Below, piece by piece: positions 49,684 to 62,457 of a DNA stretch of 64,000 nt. A program made the translations under genes and the position numbers. The DNA comes from Yuukianura sp. NJ FZ-2021 (lineage: Eukaryota), in assembly GCA_046563655.1 (NCBI GenBank), contig CM102290.1, forward strand, positions 5,952,001 through 6,016,000, in the 5' to 3' direction. A model generated the notes under the pieces. The model ran no database searches. It was not told where the DNA came from and worked only from the letters and a program-made list of their open reading frames with translations. Every line of letters starts with the position of its first letter. The first letter of the stretch is position 1.

Positions 49684-51290
49684 ATGTCAACTGTGACGAA
49701 GTTCTACAACTGTCGACTCCTGCGTCAACATGACCTTGTGGAAGATGAACTCTGGATACAAGGAAAAACGATTATCAATCCGGAGACGTATTTTTACGAA
49801 TCCAAGAAACTGGCTGACTCTTCGATTGATTGTGGAGGCGCAATCATAGCTCCAGGGTTCATCGATGTCCAGATAAACGGTGAGATCAACGGTCATCAAC
49901 TAACTAATTAACTAGTTAACTAATTAATACTATTCTTTCTCCTTAGGTGGATTCGGGGTTGACTTTTCCTATGACATTGAGGATGTGAGCAGCGGACTGT
50001 TGAAAGTTGCCAAAGGAATTCTCTCCCACGGTGTGACGTCCTTCTGCCCCACCCTAGTCTCTTCGTCTCCTACTGTTTATACCAAGGTTTCCTGTTTTAA
50101 GAAAATTCCTAATTTTTAAAATTCTGAAAAGCCTGCTCGTGTCGACCTTAACAAATATGACAAACCTTGGTTTTGGTTCATAGGTGCTGCCATTTCTGAA
50201 AAAGAGAGATGGGGGAGTGAATGGTGCGGAGGTGCTTGGAGCCCACGTCGAAGGTCCCTTCATAAACACAGAGAAGAAGGGAGCTCATGACGCTGCAGTG
50301 CTGCTGGAACCACGTGAAGTGGGTGACCTTGACCTTACTAAAATTTTTGTGGTATAAACTGCTTGATATCTAGGGAATGGCTTCAGTGGAAGGAGTGTAC
50401 CAACACTTAGATGCTGTGGCTATTGTGACAATTGCCCCTGAACTACCGAGGGCAACTGAGGTCATCCAGGAACTGACCAAGAGGGGGATCATCGTATCCT
50501 TGGGTAATCCACTCAAATTACTTTTAATTACAATTACTTAGACTTTTAAAAAACAATGACTGAACGTAGGGCACTCGATGGCAACAATTGCCGAGGGAGA
50601 AGAAGGTGTCCGAAGTGGGGCCACATTTATAACACACTTGTTCAATGCCATGCTACCTGTAAGTAAATTGTTGATTAATTAAGTTTCAATTAATTGCTTG
50701 GTCTTGTCTTAAGTTTCATCACCGTGACCCTGGTCTTGTGGGTCTGTTGGCTTCTGATCGCATCCCAGCCGAGACGAAGCTCTTTTACGGAATCATTGCT
50801 GATGGCAACCATACGCATCCCTCCACGACACGAATTGCGTACAGAGCCAATCGTGAAGGGATTGTGTTGGTGACGGATGCCTGTTCTGCCATGGGTCTCC
50901 AAGATGGTGTCCATCACATTGGTCAACAGGCGATTGAGGTCAGAGGAACGAAAGCAGTCATCAAAGGGACAGATACGCTATGTGGTAGTGTTGCGACCAT
51001 GACCTCATGTCTCACCTACTTCATGACCACCACAGGTAAAGTCTTAACACACGTAACAGTCTATGACTACGAACATTGCCACTGCCTCATGATGAGTTTG
51101 AATTTACCCAGACTGCGGAATTGTGGAAGCTCTGGAGGCAGTGACACTTCATCCTGCCCAGCTCATGCGAATTGACAAGCACAAGGGAACTCTGGCCTTT
51201 GGAACGGATGCTGACTTTGTCCTGCTGTCACCGAAGGATTTAGAAGTCCAATCTACGTGGATAGGAGGGCAGTGTGTATATCCACAGTAA
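49684..51290 (+). CDS. AMDHD2: N-acetylglucosamine-6-phosphate deacetylase (multi-exon)
   Basis: [77 protein letters not shown]. Confidence 0.95.
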
Positions 51291-51518
51291 ACAGACTCCA
51301 GATGTGCTTCCTCGACTTTTGACTGACCGGGAAAATTCGAAACATTTGTCGACCTTTGCAACTTTTACGTTATGAAATCATGCTGCTCAAACTTTAAATA
51401 AAAGTTTCTTGACGCTTTGAGCATTTGAATTTTGGGATTCACTCGTTGAGTTGGTTTAGAATTGAAACCTTTATTTTCGAAAAGATAAAAGAAATTACAG
51501 ACCACTTTCCGATCAACC

Positions 51519-52222
51519 TCACTTGGATTCTGCATTCAAAGTCTGAAGGCCTTTATAGCTGGCGACTGGGACATAGGTCACGATGGTGTACAACTTGTGG
51601 ACTGAGTCTTCGTCATCGTTTCGTCGGCGTTCCAGCTTGATCCGAAGTCGGAAGGGGACGTTTCTGCAATCAAATGAAAATCATTACTAACATATTGCTC
51701 AAAATCCAGCTCTCATAACTAATTAGTGATTCCGATTAATCGTAGATGATGTAAATTGTCATTGGTCTCCAACCGGAGCTTAAATTAAACTTAAAGCTCC
51801 AGATGATTGTCATCCAACGTTACTTTTGGTGGGATTTCAAGACTATAAACCGTTCGTTCGTGTTTACGTTCTGCCACCCCACCAATCCAATACCACGTTA
51901 TTTATTTCGATTGTTGCAGTACTACGATCGTTACCTTAGAAAATCAAATGGACTTAATCACGTTCTTAATGAAACGTAATCATTTGGAAATGGAAACCTA
52001 CCGAACTCCTCGAGACCAGACTTGCTTGTTGACGTTTTCATCAATTCGAACGTCTTCGGTTCCCATTTGCTGCTTTGCGAACAAGCGGATTTCCTTAACC
52101 GCTCTCGGTGCTCTTCCCTTGAACTTTACTCCATGGAGTCTCTTGTGTAGGTTGATCGTGTACACTCGACTCAGCACTTCGTTCATCGTGGACTTTTTCT
52201 TTTCTCCCTTCTGTTTGGCCAT
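51519..52222 (-). CDS. RpL31: 60S ribosomal protein L31 (two coding exons)
   Basis: [26 protein letters not shown]...[33 protein letters not shown]. Confidence 0.95.
51754..51886 (-). ncRNA. Candidate intronic box H/ACA snoRNA in the RpL31 intron
   Basis: On the minus strand: hairpin ttggtggg...cccaccaa, H box AAAGTA, hairpin cgttgg...ctggagctt/aagctccgg...ccaatg, then ACA plus 3 nt; ~133 nt. Confidence 0.75.
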
Positions 52223-53099
52223 CTGAAATCGGATAAAGGAAACAAATCAAACACTTTTCAGATGTACTGGAGAAAAACTGGAAAGGAATGGGAGCAATGA
52301 CCTTTGGTGCTTATGGAGTTGACCCTTACCTCGATTAGTAATTAAGAACGAACTTAGGATGGAACGATAATCTCCTGTAAAAGGTTCCTCGTGGTCGTGG
52401 TCCTCACAGTTTCTGAACTGAGGGAGTGCAGAAGTGGTTTTTTCTTCAACTCTCGTCTTGCAGTGGAGATGGCCGGCTAGTACCCGCATCATCGAAAAAA
52501 ACATGACTGTGGTGCGGCAGTTGGGTGCGGCAATTAGTTTTTCTCACTTTTACACAGTTAATTTGATAAGTAACTTTAGTAGTTTGTAGTTACTAAGCCT
52601 TAAAATATTTAGTAGCTAGATTCACTTCATCTTCTGTGAGTTTGGAACAAATAAGCTAATTACAATTGAAGATTAACTGCAAATATACAGAATTCGATTA
52701 AATATTTCTCTAGGTGCGGCTGAAGTTTGGCTGATGTACACCTCTGTTTTGCTAGAAAGTATTTTCTGACTTGTCACAATTTTGCTAATGCTTAAGCCTC
52801 CGCATCGAGTCAATTTTTATTAGTCAAATAAAAAAAATCGTAAGAAATAACCACCGTTGTGAATGTGTTAACCGTATAATTTTGTGGATCGCTGCTTCAG
52901 AAATCCAACATCGGCAATTTGAGTGAGAGCGAGTGAACGAAAACTTGGTTGGGTCTCCTAACAACATCGGCAAGCCGATCCAAAATTCCCCGATCTGAAC
53001 CGAGCCTGGCACCCAGGCTCGACTCTCTTGTGTACGGAAGCTTAAAAGTGCCAACTCGCTTCCCGATTACCTCCTCCATAAGGAATACATTGGAGTTGA

Positions 53100-53637
53100 A
53101 CTGCGCGGTACCCAGTACTCGGTGCGCGGTTCCCAGTACTCGGTTCCCGGTACCCGATGCGCGGTTCCCAGTACCCGATGCGCGGTTCCCAGTACCCGGT
53201 GCGCGGTGCCCGGTACTCGGTGCGCGGTTCCCAGTACTCAGTGCGCGGTTCCCAGTACTCGGTTCCCAGTACCCGGTGCGCGGTTCCCAGTACCCGGTGC
53301 GCGATTCCCAGTACTCGGTTCCCGGTTCCCACTACCCGGTGCGCGGTTCCCAGTACTCGGTGCGCGATTCCCAGTACTCGGTGCGCGGTTCCCAGTTCCC
53401 ACTACTCAGTACCTGGCCCTCTCACGCTTCCCACTTCCCAGTACTCAGTGCGCGGTTCCCAGTACTCGGTGCTCGGTGCGCGGTTCCCAGTACCCGGTCC
53501 TCGCTTCCCAGTTCCCAGTGCGCGGTCCTGATTTCCCAAGATTCATTTCTCGAGATTCATTTCTCGAGATTCATTTCTCGAGATTCATTTCCCAAGATTC
53601 ATTTCTCGAGATTCATTTCCCAAGATTCATTTCTCAA
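53100..53637 (+). repeat. Minisatellite arm: ~21-bp gtgcgcggttcccagtactcg units followed by 14-bp gattcatttc(tcga/ccaa) units
   Basis: Visible tandem repeats; reverse-complement counterpart at 54779-55245. Confidence 0.85.
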
Positions 53638-53916
53638 GAATATTCGACACTTTACTCAAAACCCGTGGTGGAAAATTCCAAAAAGTGAAATTAATCTAAT
53701 GAATGAATTTTGAAAAAAACGATTACCAGAATATTACCAAAAGAAATTCAAATTAAACAACTTCAATTTTAAATCGCAGTTCAAAAAAGCACAAAACGTT
53801 TAGTGAGTCACGCGAGTATTGTTAAATTTAAAGTGTACAGTATTCCTCAACTCTGAACAAATATGAAATTTAACATGCCGGCATGTTAAATTTCAAAATA
53901 CGGACTCAAATGCTGG

Positions 53917-54611
53917 CTACGGGTTCAGGAGACAACTGCTGGAGACAAGGATGGTTGCGGTTCGGTTCTTGCTACAGGTGTGTCTTCGGGTGTGACTAGA
54001 AGAATAAAAAGAATTCGATATTACTGGGGTAGCTCTCGCGATCTTTAATATGGCGACGTGGGAATTTGAATGATGAGATATCTTACCCACTCGGAAGTAA
54101 AATTTCATTTTCGACCACGTTATCCCAGTAAGCTCCTTGCACTGCGTTAACGTCGTCCTCGGACTAATGCCTGCAGATCTGGCCTCACGAAACTCGTTGA
54201 TTAAAAAATCATCAAATCCCAGGCCACCAACTTCTTCCGGGTCCAACATGAGCCGACGTGATGCAGTGATTAAATCCTGAATAGTGTTTTGCTTGTTCAT
54301 AACTACAGAGCGAATTGAATTGTATCTCCTGGTGATCCTGCCTCCGCCCGCACTCGTAACTACTCCGACCATGATCTAAATTATTTCAATCTGAGGAGTA
54401 TGTGGTTTTGATGAGAAAATAAATAAATTACTACCTTTACATTGCCTCCAGGCACGGGCCTTCTACGCACCTGCCGACCCTGGTTTGCCGTTCCTTGTAT
54501 CCCTTGCCGGCAAGGGATACTGAGGTTTCTTGGAATTGGCGTACAACAAACATGGCAGAAGTTTAAACAGTTACTCACGTCGGATCGACAACGATTATTC
54601 GTACAAGACAT
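53917..54611 (-). CDS. Small unknown gene with an N-terminal Cys cluster (zinc-ribbon-like), lying between the inverted minisatellite arms
   Basis: Exons 54611-54435 and 54375-53917 join in frame across a GT-AG intron; starts MSCTNNRC...NFCHVCCTP. Confidence 0.5.
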
Positions 54612-54778
54612 TATTGAAATCTTTAAACAAAAAGAACACAGCTGTTGCTCGACGGACACTTTGATTACTACCTTGGCGTGGAAGAAAACCCTCGACTTTC
54701 TGCACATTTGGGCAAAACTAGAATTCGAATTTGGACTCGTTTTGTTAACCTAATTTCTATGTGTTAGGTAACAAATAA

Positions 54779-55245
54779 ATCTCGAGAAATGAATCTTGGG
54801 AAATGAATCTTGGGAAATGAATCTTGGGAAATGAATCTTGGGAAATGAATCTCGAGAAATGAATCTCGAGAAATGAATCTCGAGAAATGAATCTTGGGAA
54901 ATGAATCTCGAGAAACGAATCTTGGGAAATGAATCTCGAGAAATGAATCTTGGGAAATGAATCTTGGGAAATCAGGACCGCGCACTGGGAACCGCGCAGC
55001 ACAACTGGGAACCGCGCAGCACAACTGGGAACCGCGCAGCACAACTGGGAACCGCGCAGCGACAACTGGGAACCGCGCAGCACAACTGGGAACCGCGCAC
55101 TGAGTACTGGGAAGCGGGTACCGAGTACTGGGCACCGCGCACCGGGTACTGGGAACCGCGCACCGGATACTGGGAACCGCGCATTGAGAACTGGGAACCG
55201 CGCACCGAGTCCTGGGAACCGCGCACTGGGCATCGAGTACCGAGC
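54779..55245 (-). repeat. Inverted minisatellite arm matching 53100-53637
   Basis: gaaatgaatc(tcga/ttgg) 14-mers, aaatcaggaccgcgcactgggaac junction, then ctgggaaccgcgca units. Confidence 0.85.
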
Positions 55246-55249
55246 AGTG

Positions 55250-56208
55250 CACAGTGGTACCAATGCCGTTGCTCGCTGGGAAAAACTAATTTTTAGGATG
55301 AAAATAATATATCGCTGTTGTTAAGTTTTGTTGTTAACCATTTATTCGGATTGATACCTGTATCATTTCTCCAAATTTTCAGCCCCCTAGAAACGATAGG
55401 TCAAGGGTTACCAGGGGTCAAAGGTCACCGTGTGATCCTATGACGACCCTATGCAAGCAGTATATCGTTGGAATGGGCTTGATCTCCTGATTCAAAAAAT
55501 ATATATATGTTGCTATTTGTGACGTAAGACAACCGAAATATTATGTCCTGAAGCAAAATCGGAAGTTGTACCCGCCCCCTTATTGCCGTCAGGGCTCAAT
55601 ATTTCGGTTGTCTTACGTCATAAATAGCAACATATATATATTTTCCGAATCAGGAGATCAAGCCCGTTCTATCGATATGCTACTTGTATGGGGTCGTCAT
55701 ATGATGACATGGTGACCTTTGACCCCCCGTATCCCTTGACCTTTCGTTTCTATGGGGCTGAAAATTTGCAGAAATGATCCAGGTATCAATCTTAACAACT
55801 GGTTAAAATTTCATTCAAATCGCGCGTTTGATAGTGTTTTGATAGTAAGTCAGACCCTTCATTTATACTATAAAGTACCCGGCTTTGAAGGGCAATTGTG
55901 AATGGTTAACTCAAAAGAGGAAAAAAAGGGAATCACACAAGTTAAGGCACCCCCTGAAGATCACTTTAAAAGATTAAGATTCCAGATTCGATATAGGATG
56001 CGCCAGGACGGTCGAAGTTCTGATCCCCCCTGAAGAAGAATAGGAAAACTGGAACTTTAAGGGACTGTAGTACCCACATCATAAGGGCTATACCTGAACC
56101 CTTTGGCAAAAAAAAGCTGTACCAATATAGTTTGCTTAGGGTACCTATATCAGTCAAAAATGATGACTCCGATAAATACCAGTTATTCGGGTCATTGGTA
56201 CCACTGTG
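55250..56208. mobile_element. Non-autonomous Transib-like element containing a nested foldback (~55330-55861)
   Basis: 16-bp TIR CACAGTGGTACCAATG / CATTGGTACCACTGTG; 5-bp TSD CAGTG at 55245-55249 and 56209-56213. Confidence 0.8.
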
Positions 56209-56984
56209 CAGTGGGAAGTGATTTGGCCCTTTTACGCTTCCGTACTTGTGCGATACACCCTGGATCGCTATCTTGGCTCGTTCACATAGTAGACAGGCCA
56301 AAAATATAGTTCCCACGCCTGTAATGTAAACAAAATCAATATTTTGGGCATATTTATTACTAAATATTTATTGATTTTTCAATGCCCTTAATGTTAATTA
56401 AGTAAATACTTTGAGGTTTTTGATGAAAAATATTTAATATTTAAATGTTTCGCGGGTTTTTAGTAAATAGTTTTAGCATGTCTACAGATGTGGTTTTGCT
56501 TTTCCATAGCTCACATATGTTTGTAAACACTGTTGTCACTTCGCATACTGAATTCAGGGTGAGGTAAGGTTTAATGAGCGCCATTGTAGCCGCAAAGAGT
56601 AACCGCCGACTGTCATCTTGGGTGGCAATGCTTGCGCGGCAATATTTGTAGCCGCCTGTGAGAAGATTCGCCTTGTTACCATTTAGTTGTGAGTGCTATA
56701 GCTGTGGAGTGATATGCTAAATAATGGTGGCAACATTGTTTGAGAATTTAGTTACCTACTAGATAGATGCAATTGAACTACACTGGCATGGCGTAATGAA
56801 TACCTCAACCTAACCTAATCTCACTAATCACAATTGTCCTGTATCAAGGGAACTAAATCTGAATTCATTGAATGAAGCGATAGGGAAGGGTGCCAGTTTG
56901 ATGTTTTATACTGTTTCATTAAGCGTTGTTAGGTTTTATAAGTATATATCGGATTCTTTCTTTCCCAAAATCCCAAAAATCGGA

Positions 56985-57449
56985 AAAATTTTACTTTAGC
57001 CGGGTAACTCCGATTTTGCTAATTTTTTTTTCAGTGATACCCCATGGACCATGAAAATAATAATTTTTTGCTACGCTCTCAAAAACTGAAATTTTGCCAA
57101 ACGTTTGAATGTTTGCCGCACCACGTGCATTTGGCATAGGGGTGCGGCAGAAACCTAACTTAGAAATACATAATCAATGTATACGATTCAGTACAATGAA
57201 CTTTAAACAAACCTAACCTAACCAAACCCAACCTAACGTAACTTAATAACTTCATTCTAAACCCTATCACAAAAATGTACCGCACCCCTATGCCAATCGC
57301 ATGTGGTGCGGCATACTTTCAAACGTTTGCCAAAATTTCAGTTTTTGAGAGCGTAGCAAAAAATTATCATTTTCATGATCAGTGGTCCATGGGTTATCAC
57401 TGGAAAAAAAATTAGCAAAATCGGAGTTACCCGGCTAAAGTAAAATTTT
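56985..57449. mobile_element. Palindromic MITE with AACCT-repeat centre, nested in further inverted-repeat elements
   Basis: Long arms ttttactttagccgggtaactccg... / ...cggagttacccggctaaagtaaaa; outer inverted pairs near 56925/58015 and 56583/58225. Confidence 0.7.
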
Positions 57450-59269
57450 ACCCAAAAATCTTTCTTTCAATTCTTCCTAAAAATGCCAAAAATCTTTTTA
57501 AAAAGATTGTGCATTTTAAAGAAAAATCAGGGTGAAAATCAACATAATCAACTAAATCTTCATTATCTTCATTGCCAAACACAAACACGGATTGTCTCGA
57601 TAGCTCCCAACATTTTTTGACGCAAAATTTTAGTGTTCGTATTCAGTTTCGTAAGTTTGGAATTCACGAAATTGAAGATACGCAAGGCTCAAATGGTGAA
57701 AACTGGGGAAAAGCTTAGTATTTTTCTAATTTGGGCAACGTTTTGCCCAAAAAAAAAAAGAAATTTTGACATTCACTCTCGTAAATGTTGGGAAAATGCC
57801 CAAATTCTTTGTAAAATGTCAGAAAAGTGCCCGAATTCTTTGTAAAGATTCTTTCTTATTTAAAACATGAAAATCTTACTTATCATTGCTTATTCTTACG
57901 TTCAAAAACGTTCAAATCGCTTATCTCGAACTTCTACCCCGATCAAGTTTAGTCACTCGACTCGTTAGTAAGAAAATCTTCAGAATCCGATGTAATATTT
58001 ATAAGGCACATGACAATAGTAGGCAATTAAGGTTTTTTTTTGTTGGTTTATGTTGTATTTCGAGACCTAATTCTAAAGCAGCGCCGTTGCCAGCATTATG
58101 GCACGTGCGGCTAAAATATGGTGGCTACAAGGCAAATTTTTCCACACAGGCTGCAACTATTTTCACAAGCGCAAGCGTAATGACCTTATTGTAGCAAGCC
58201 AAAATGGCCTCACAGCGGCTACACCGTGTAGCTACAGCTCGTTAAACCGATTGCGGATTCCAGCAACCCGTTCGTTTCGGCCCCACAATTTTTAAAATGT
58301 TCCAGAAAATCTTTGGGTTGGGTTAGTTGACCCCATGATGTCAAAGAAATTATTTTTCTATTAAGTTTCCATGAAAATGACCTTCGGAGTGGTCACAGAG
58401 GTCATGGACGTCATCGGGACGATGAAAATCGTCGTTTCGTCAAAAAATGTGAAAAAACTTTATTTTGGTTTGACGTTCAAATTGACGTATGACCCCCTGG
58501 AGAGGTCACAGGGTCATAGGTCAGGGGACAAAAAATGATCACCTAATCAAGCTGATTAACTTTAGTAGAGGTCATTTTTGAGGTTGTCTGGAACCATCAT
58601 CACTTCAGCTCTGCATTTAAAATTTTCTGTAAGGCCGAACCGAACGGATTGGTACGATCTAACAGTTAAACCTTGCCTCAACCCTGAATTAACTCAACGG
58701 CCAACAACCATTGTTTCCTATCATCTCTCACAATACGGAAGAGGATACCCCAGATCCCAGAAGTTACAGTCGAGTGCGAGTCAGCAGGCGTACGGAAGGA
58801 GAAGAAGAGCGTAAGAACGATCTAAATTTAATCAGTACAGTTTGCAAACTTTCACTGTAAGTCCGTCACTTATTTCTGGAGGTCATGTTCGGTTTACTTT
58901 TTAGGCCATCATAGGAGCGAGACAGGGAAGGACTTTTGGACTCTAACAGCGATATTTCATCAACTCAACTAATCCTAAATGTGTCTAACCTCTAATGAAA
59001 AGGAAAGTCCTGAAGTTCCAAATATAAAACAAGGTTCATTACCAGTTAAACCCGGCTACTGCCCAAAGTGTCACTTGCGACTCCCATCCGAAGCACGAGT
59101 AGAAGAAAGGGAAGACGAACTCGAGTTTGAACGGATAGGTCAAGAGTTCGATCAGGCTTTGCGTGAAGCTGACGTCCTTGCACAGGCTCTGCTTCATTCT
59201 CAGGGTGACATTTTTGCATTCGAAGAAGAGCCTGAATCTGAGGAGGCTGACGACGACGACGAGCCTCAG

Positions 59270-60925
59270 ATGAACGGCTCTTCTGGAGCGGCTGCTTACC
59301 GCAGTGAAGACGAGTTTGAAGACTTCACTGCCAGGTTTGTGAAAGTCACATTAGTCGATGCCGGGTGATTTGCAGTTATCCGACCCGAGTTGAAACGGGG
59401 AGGTGGGGAGTGAGGAGTGGGAGGACTCCTCCCACTCCCCACTCCCCATCATAGGTTACCATGGTTAAAACGGGGAGTGGGGAGGTGTGGGGAGTGGGGA
59501 GTGGGAAGTGGGGAGGAGTGGTGAAATGTTACAAAATCAAACTTAACCTGTTTCATTGGCACAGCCTAACCTACAGACGAAATCACTAACATGTGCTTTA
59601 CCAAACCTAACTCCGCGCCTCCGGCGCGGGCCATTGAACAAAACGCATGACGGAAATTAGCCTTCAATCTCAGACTTATCCGTAATGCGTTTGTTCAATG
59701 GCCCGCGCCGCAGGCGCGGAGTTAGGTTTGGTAAAGCACACATTAGAGTTTTCATCTCCTCCCCACTCCCAGTTTCAACAATGATAATATAGGACGGGGA
59801 GTGGGGAGGAGTCCTCCCCACTCCTCCCCACTCCCAGTTTCAACAATGTTAATATAGGACGGGGAGTGGGGAGGAGTCCTCCCCACTCCCAGTTTCAACA
59901 ATAATGTTAATATAGAACGGGGAGTGGGGATGAGTCCTCCCCACTCCCAGTTGACGGGGAGTGGGGAGGAGTCCTCCCCACTCCCAGTTTCAACAATGGT
60001 AATATATAACGGGGAGTGGGGAGGAGTCCTCCCCACTCCCTGTTTTAACCATGGTAACCTATGATGGGGAGTGGGGAGGACTCCTCCCCACTCCCCACCT
60101 CCCCGTTTCAACTCGGGTCGGATAACTGCAAATCACCCGTCGATGCCCTATTAGATTTTCCGCTCCCCTGTTCCGGACTACTTAACTAAAACCTATTTGT
60201 TTTAGATCGGCTGGAAATGCTGGAATGGGGCTTGGTTCAACAGAAAGTTGATCATGCTTCGTACCCTTACACCACTACTGCAGCATCGGGATCTCAAACA
60301 TTGCTCTACTAGTGGCCACCGGACCCGGTGCAAGTGGTAATATCTGTTGCCTGTTAGACACCGAATGCGATGTCAACGTACGGCTGGAAATGCGAGTTAC
60401 AGCAAGCGAGTGCAGAAAACAGTTTTCTAAGCAAATGACTTCCGTCTTGACGTCGACAACATTGTACGGCTAACTTATGAATCGAAATATGGACGTAATG
60501 CACTAGCTCAAATCCTAGCGTTAATTGAAAATTTTGGTGTCCAGACTCAGCATACTTACATCTGTGACCACCATAAGAATGATGATCCAGACGGCTCGTG
60601 TCCGAGCCAAAGACTCAGATGAAGAAGGAACGGAAAACCAAGACGAAGGGCCTGATGTTGATCTGTACCCAAGTTGCAAAGTCAATTCACCTTCGTCGCT
60701 ACAAAAGCACTTTACAGATCTCGACTCGTCCCGGCCTAAACAAGGCTCAACTTGCGGATGTAAAAGTCCATCATCCTCATCCATTACTTTCTAACCCGTA
60801 TTGAGTGTCATCTTGTACTATAATTTCCAATTGTTCCAGATCCCCCTGACGAAGCACTTTCAAGACGATTCCCGGTGAATGAGAAGGAGATCATCACATA
60901 CTTCATCTACACCGTCAAGTCTGGT
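59270..60925 (+). pseudogene. SAP30: SAP30 (Sin3-HDAC subunit) homolog with many frameshifts (pseudogene or assembly errors)
   Basis: Pieces in shifting frames: MNGSS...; CCLLD...AGNASYSKRVQKTV; HTYICDHHKN; DSDEEG...PDVDLY; LRRYK; STRPGLNKAQLAD; PVNEKEIITYFIYTVK. Confidence 0.8.
59363..60138. mobile_element. Mutator-like (MULE) non-autonomous element in a SAP30 intron
   Basis: ~115-bp TIRs starting gggtgatttgcagttatccgacccgag; 9-bp TSD GTCGATGCC at 59354-59362 and 60139-60147; internal ggggagtggggaggagtcctccccactccc hairpin repeats. Confidence 0.85.
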
Positions 60926-61078
60926 TTCGCAATAAGTTGGACAGTAACAATCCTCAACAGACTTCCGGATCAGCCCCCAAGGAAGACTACTTGGACAGAT
61001 ACTAGAAGCATGCAGAAGAGGTTAATCTGTAAGTTTATTCAGCAGGTCCAATTGTGGGTATAAATTATAAATCATAAT

Positions 61079-62457
61079 CATCGTCCGAAACTATCGTGTA
61101 CTAATTTCTGGAATTTACAGTGCGGTATCAATAACCTTAGAGCGGAAAATGCATCAAAAATACAATTAATTTTTTGAATTAAAAAAATTAAAAAAATAAA
61201 TTGCAAAAGTTTTTTTCTTAAATTTTTTAATTTCCGGTTAAGAAATGTTGTTCAACTGTTAAAGTATAAATACCGCTCGAAAGCAAAATGGCGGCCACTG
61301 CAAATGCAATATGCAAACAATGCCACAATGCTGAAACAATTTGGTGGAACCAATTACCCTAAACCTACTTTAACGTTACATATAGGTAATACATTTAATC
61401 TGAGCTGATTTTAGCGACCGCTAGGTGTAGCGCTTGCTAGCTACGCTCCGACCATCAACTTCAACTAAACCCCATTTTCGCAATTAACAACCTATATTAC
61501 AGTAGTAAAAAGTGAATATACTCATTTTGAGTGTTTTAACGACTGCTAGGTGCACCGCTTGCTAGCTACGCTCTGACCATCAATTTCAACTAAACCCAAT
61601 TTTCTCAATTAACAACCTATTTCACAGTAATAAGAAGTGAGTATACTCATCTTGAGCTGTTTTACCGGCCGCTTGGTGCACCGCTTGCTAGCTACCCTCC
61701 GACCATCAAGTTCAACTAAACCCTATTTTCGTATTTAACAACCTATTTACTTGTAATACAAAGCGAACATATTCATGATGTTAAAGCGTAGCTAGCAAGC
61801 GGTGCATGTATATCACTAAAGTTAAGAGAATACATCTATAAGTTTTATAAAACGTGTAGAAAATGTTGTAAGCGTAAAACCGTATTTATTGTAAATGTTG
61901 ATGTTAAAGCGTAGCTGAAGTAAGCGGTGTGCATGTAGCGGTATCACGAACCTTAGGTCAGAATACATGATCATAAGCTTTAGGCAACATGTAGAAAAAT
62001 TTTTTAAATGTAAAACCGTATTAATATTACTGTTGATGTTAAAGAAGTTTAGCAAGCAAAAGCGGTGCATGCAGCGGTCACAAAAACTGGCTTAAAGCAC
62101 ATGTATTAACTTCCTGTTACAGGTTCTAACGATTGTTATACGACAAGCGTGAATGTATATCGTTAATCGCGAAGTTTTGATTGGGCGCATAACAGCCGCC
62201 ATTTTGCTTTCGAGCGGTGCTTAAAGTAATTAGCGGTACTTTAGCAATCCGGAAGAAAAAAAAATTTCAAAAATTAAGAAAAAAATTTTTTTTATCAAAA
62301 ATTAATTATTTTTTAAATTTTATTAATTTTATTTAATTTATATTTAATCTGTTTTTCATCGATAACCTGTTAATGCAACACACTGTAAATTCGAGAAATT
62401 GAGTATAGCCTCCAAAGGGTGGATATACAGAGTCGTACACGATAGTTTCGGACGATG
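61079..62457. mobile_element. P-like non-autonomous element with internal ~122-bp repeats
   Basis: 23-bp TIR catcgtccgaaactatcgtgtac; 8-bp TSD ATCATAAT at 61071-61078 and 62458-62465. Confidence 0.8.

Noticed and set aside
52949..53713. 254-aa ORF and overlapping ORFs (ARFPV/SQYPV/SRFI repeats)
   Set aside because: Translations of the 21-bp and 14-bp minisatellites, mirrored at 54757-55324.
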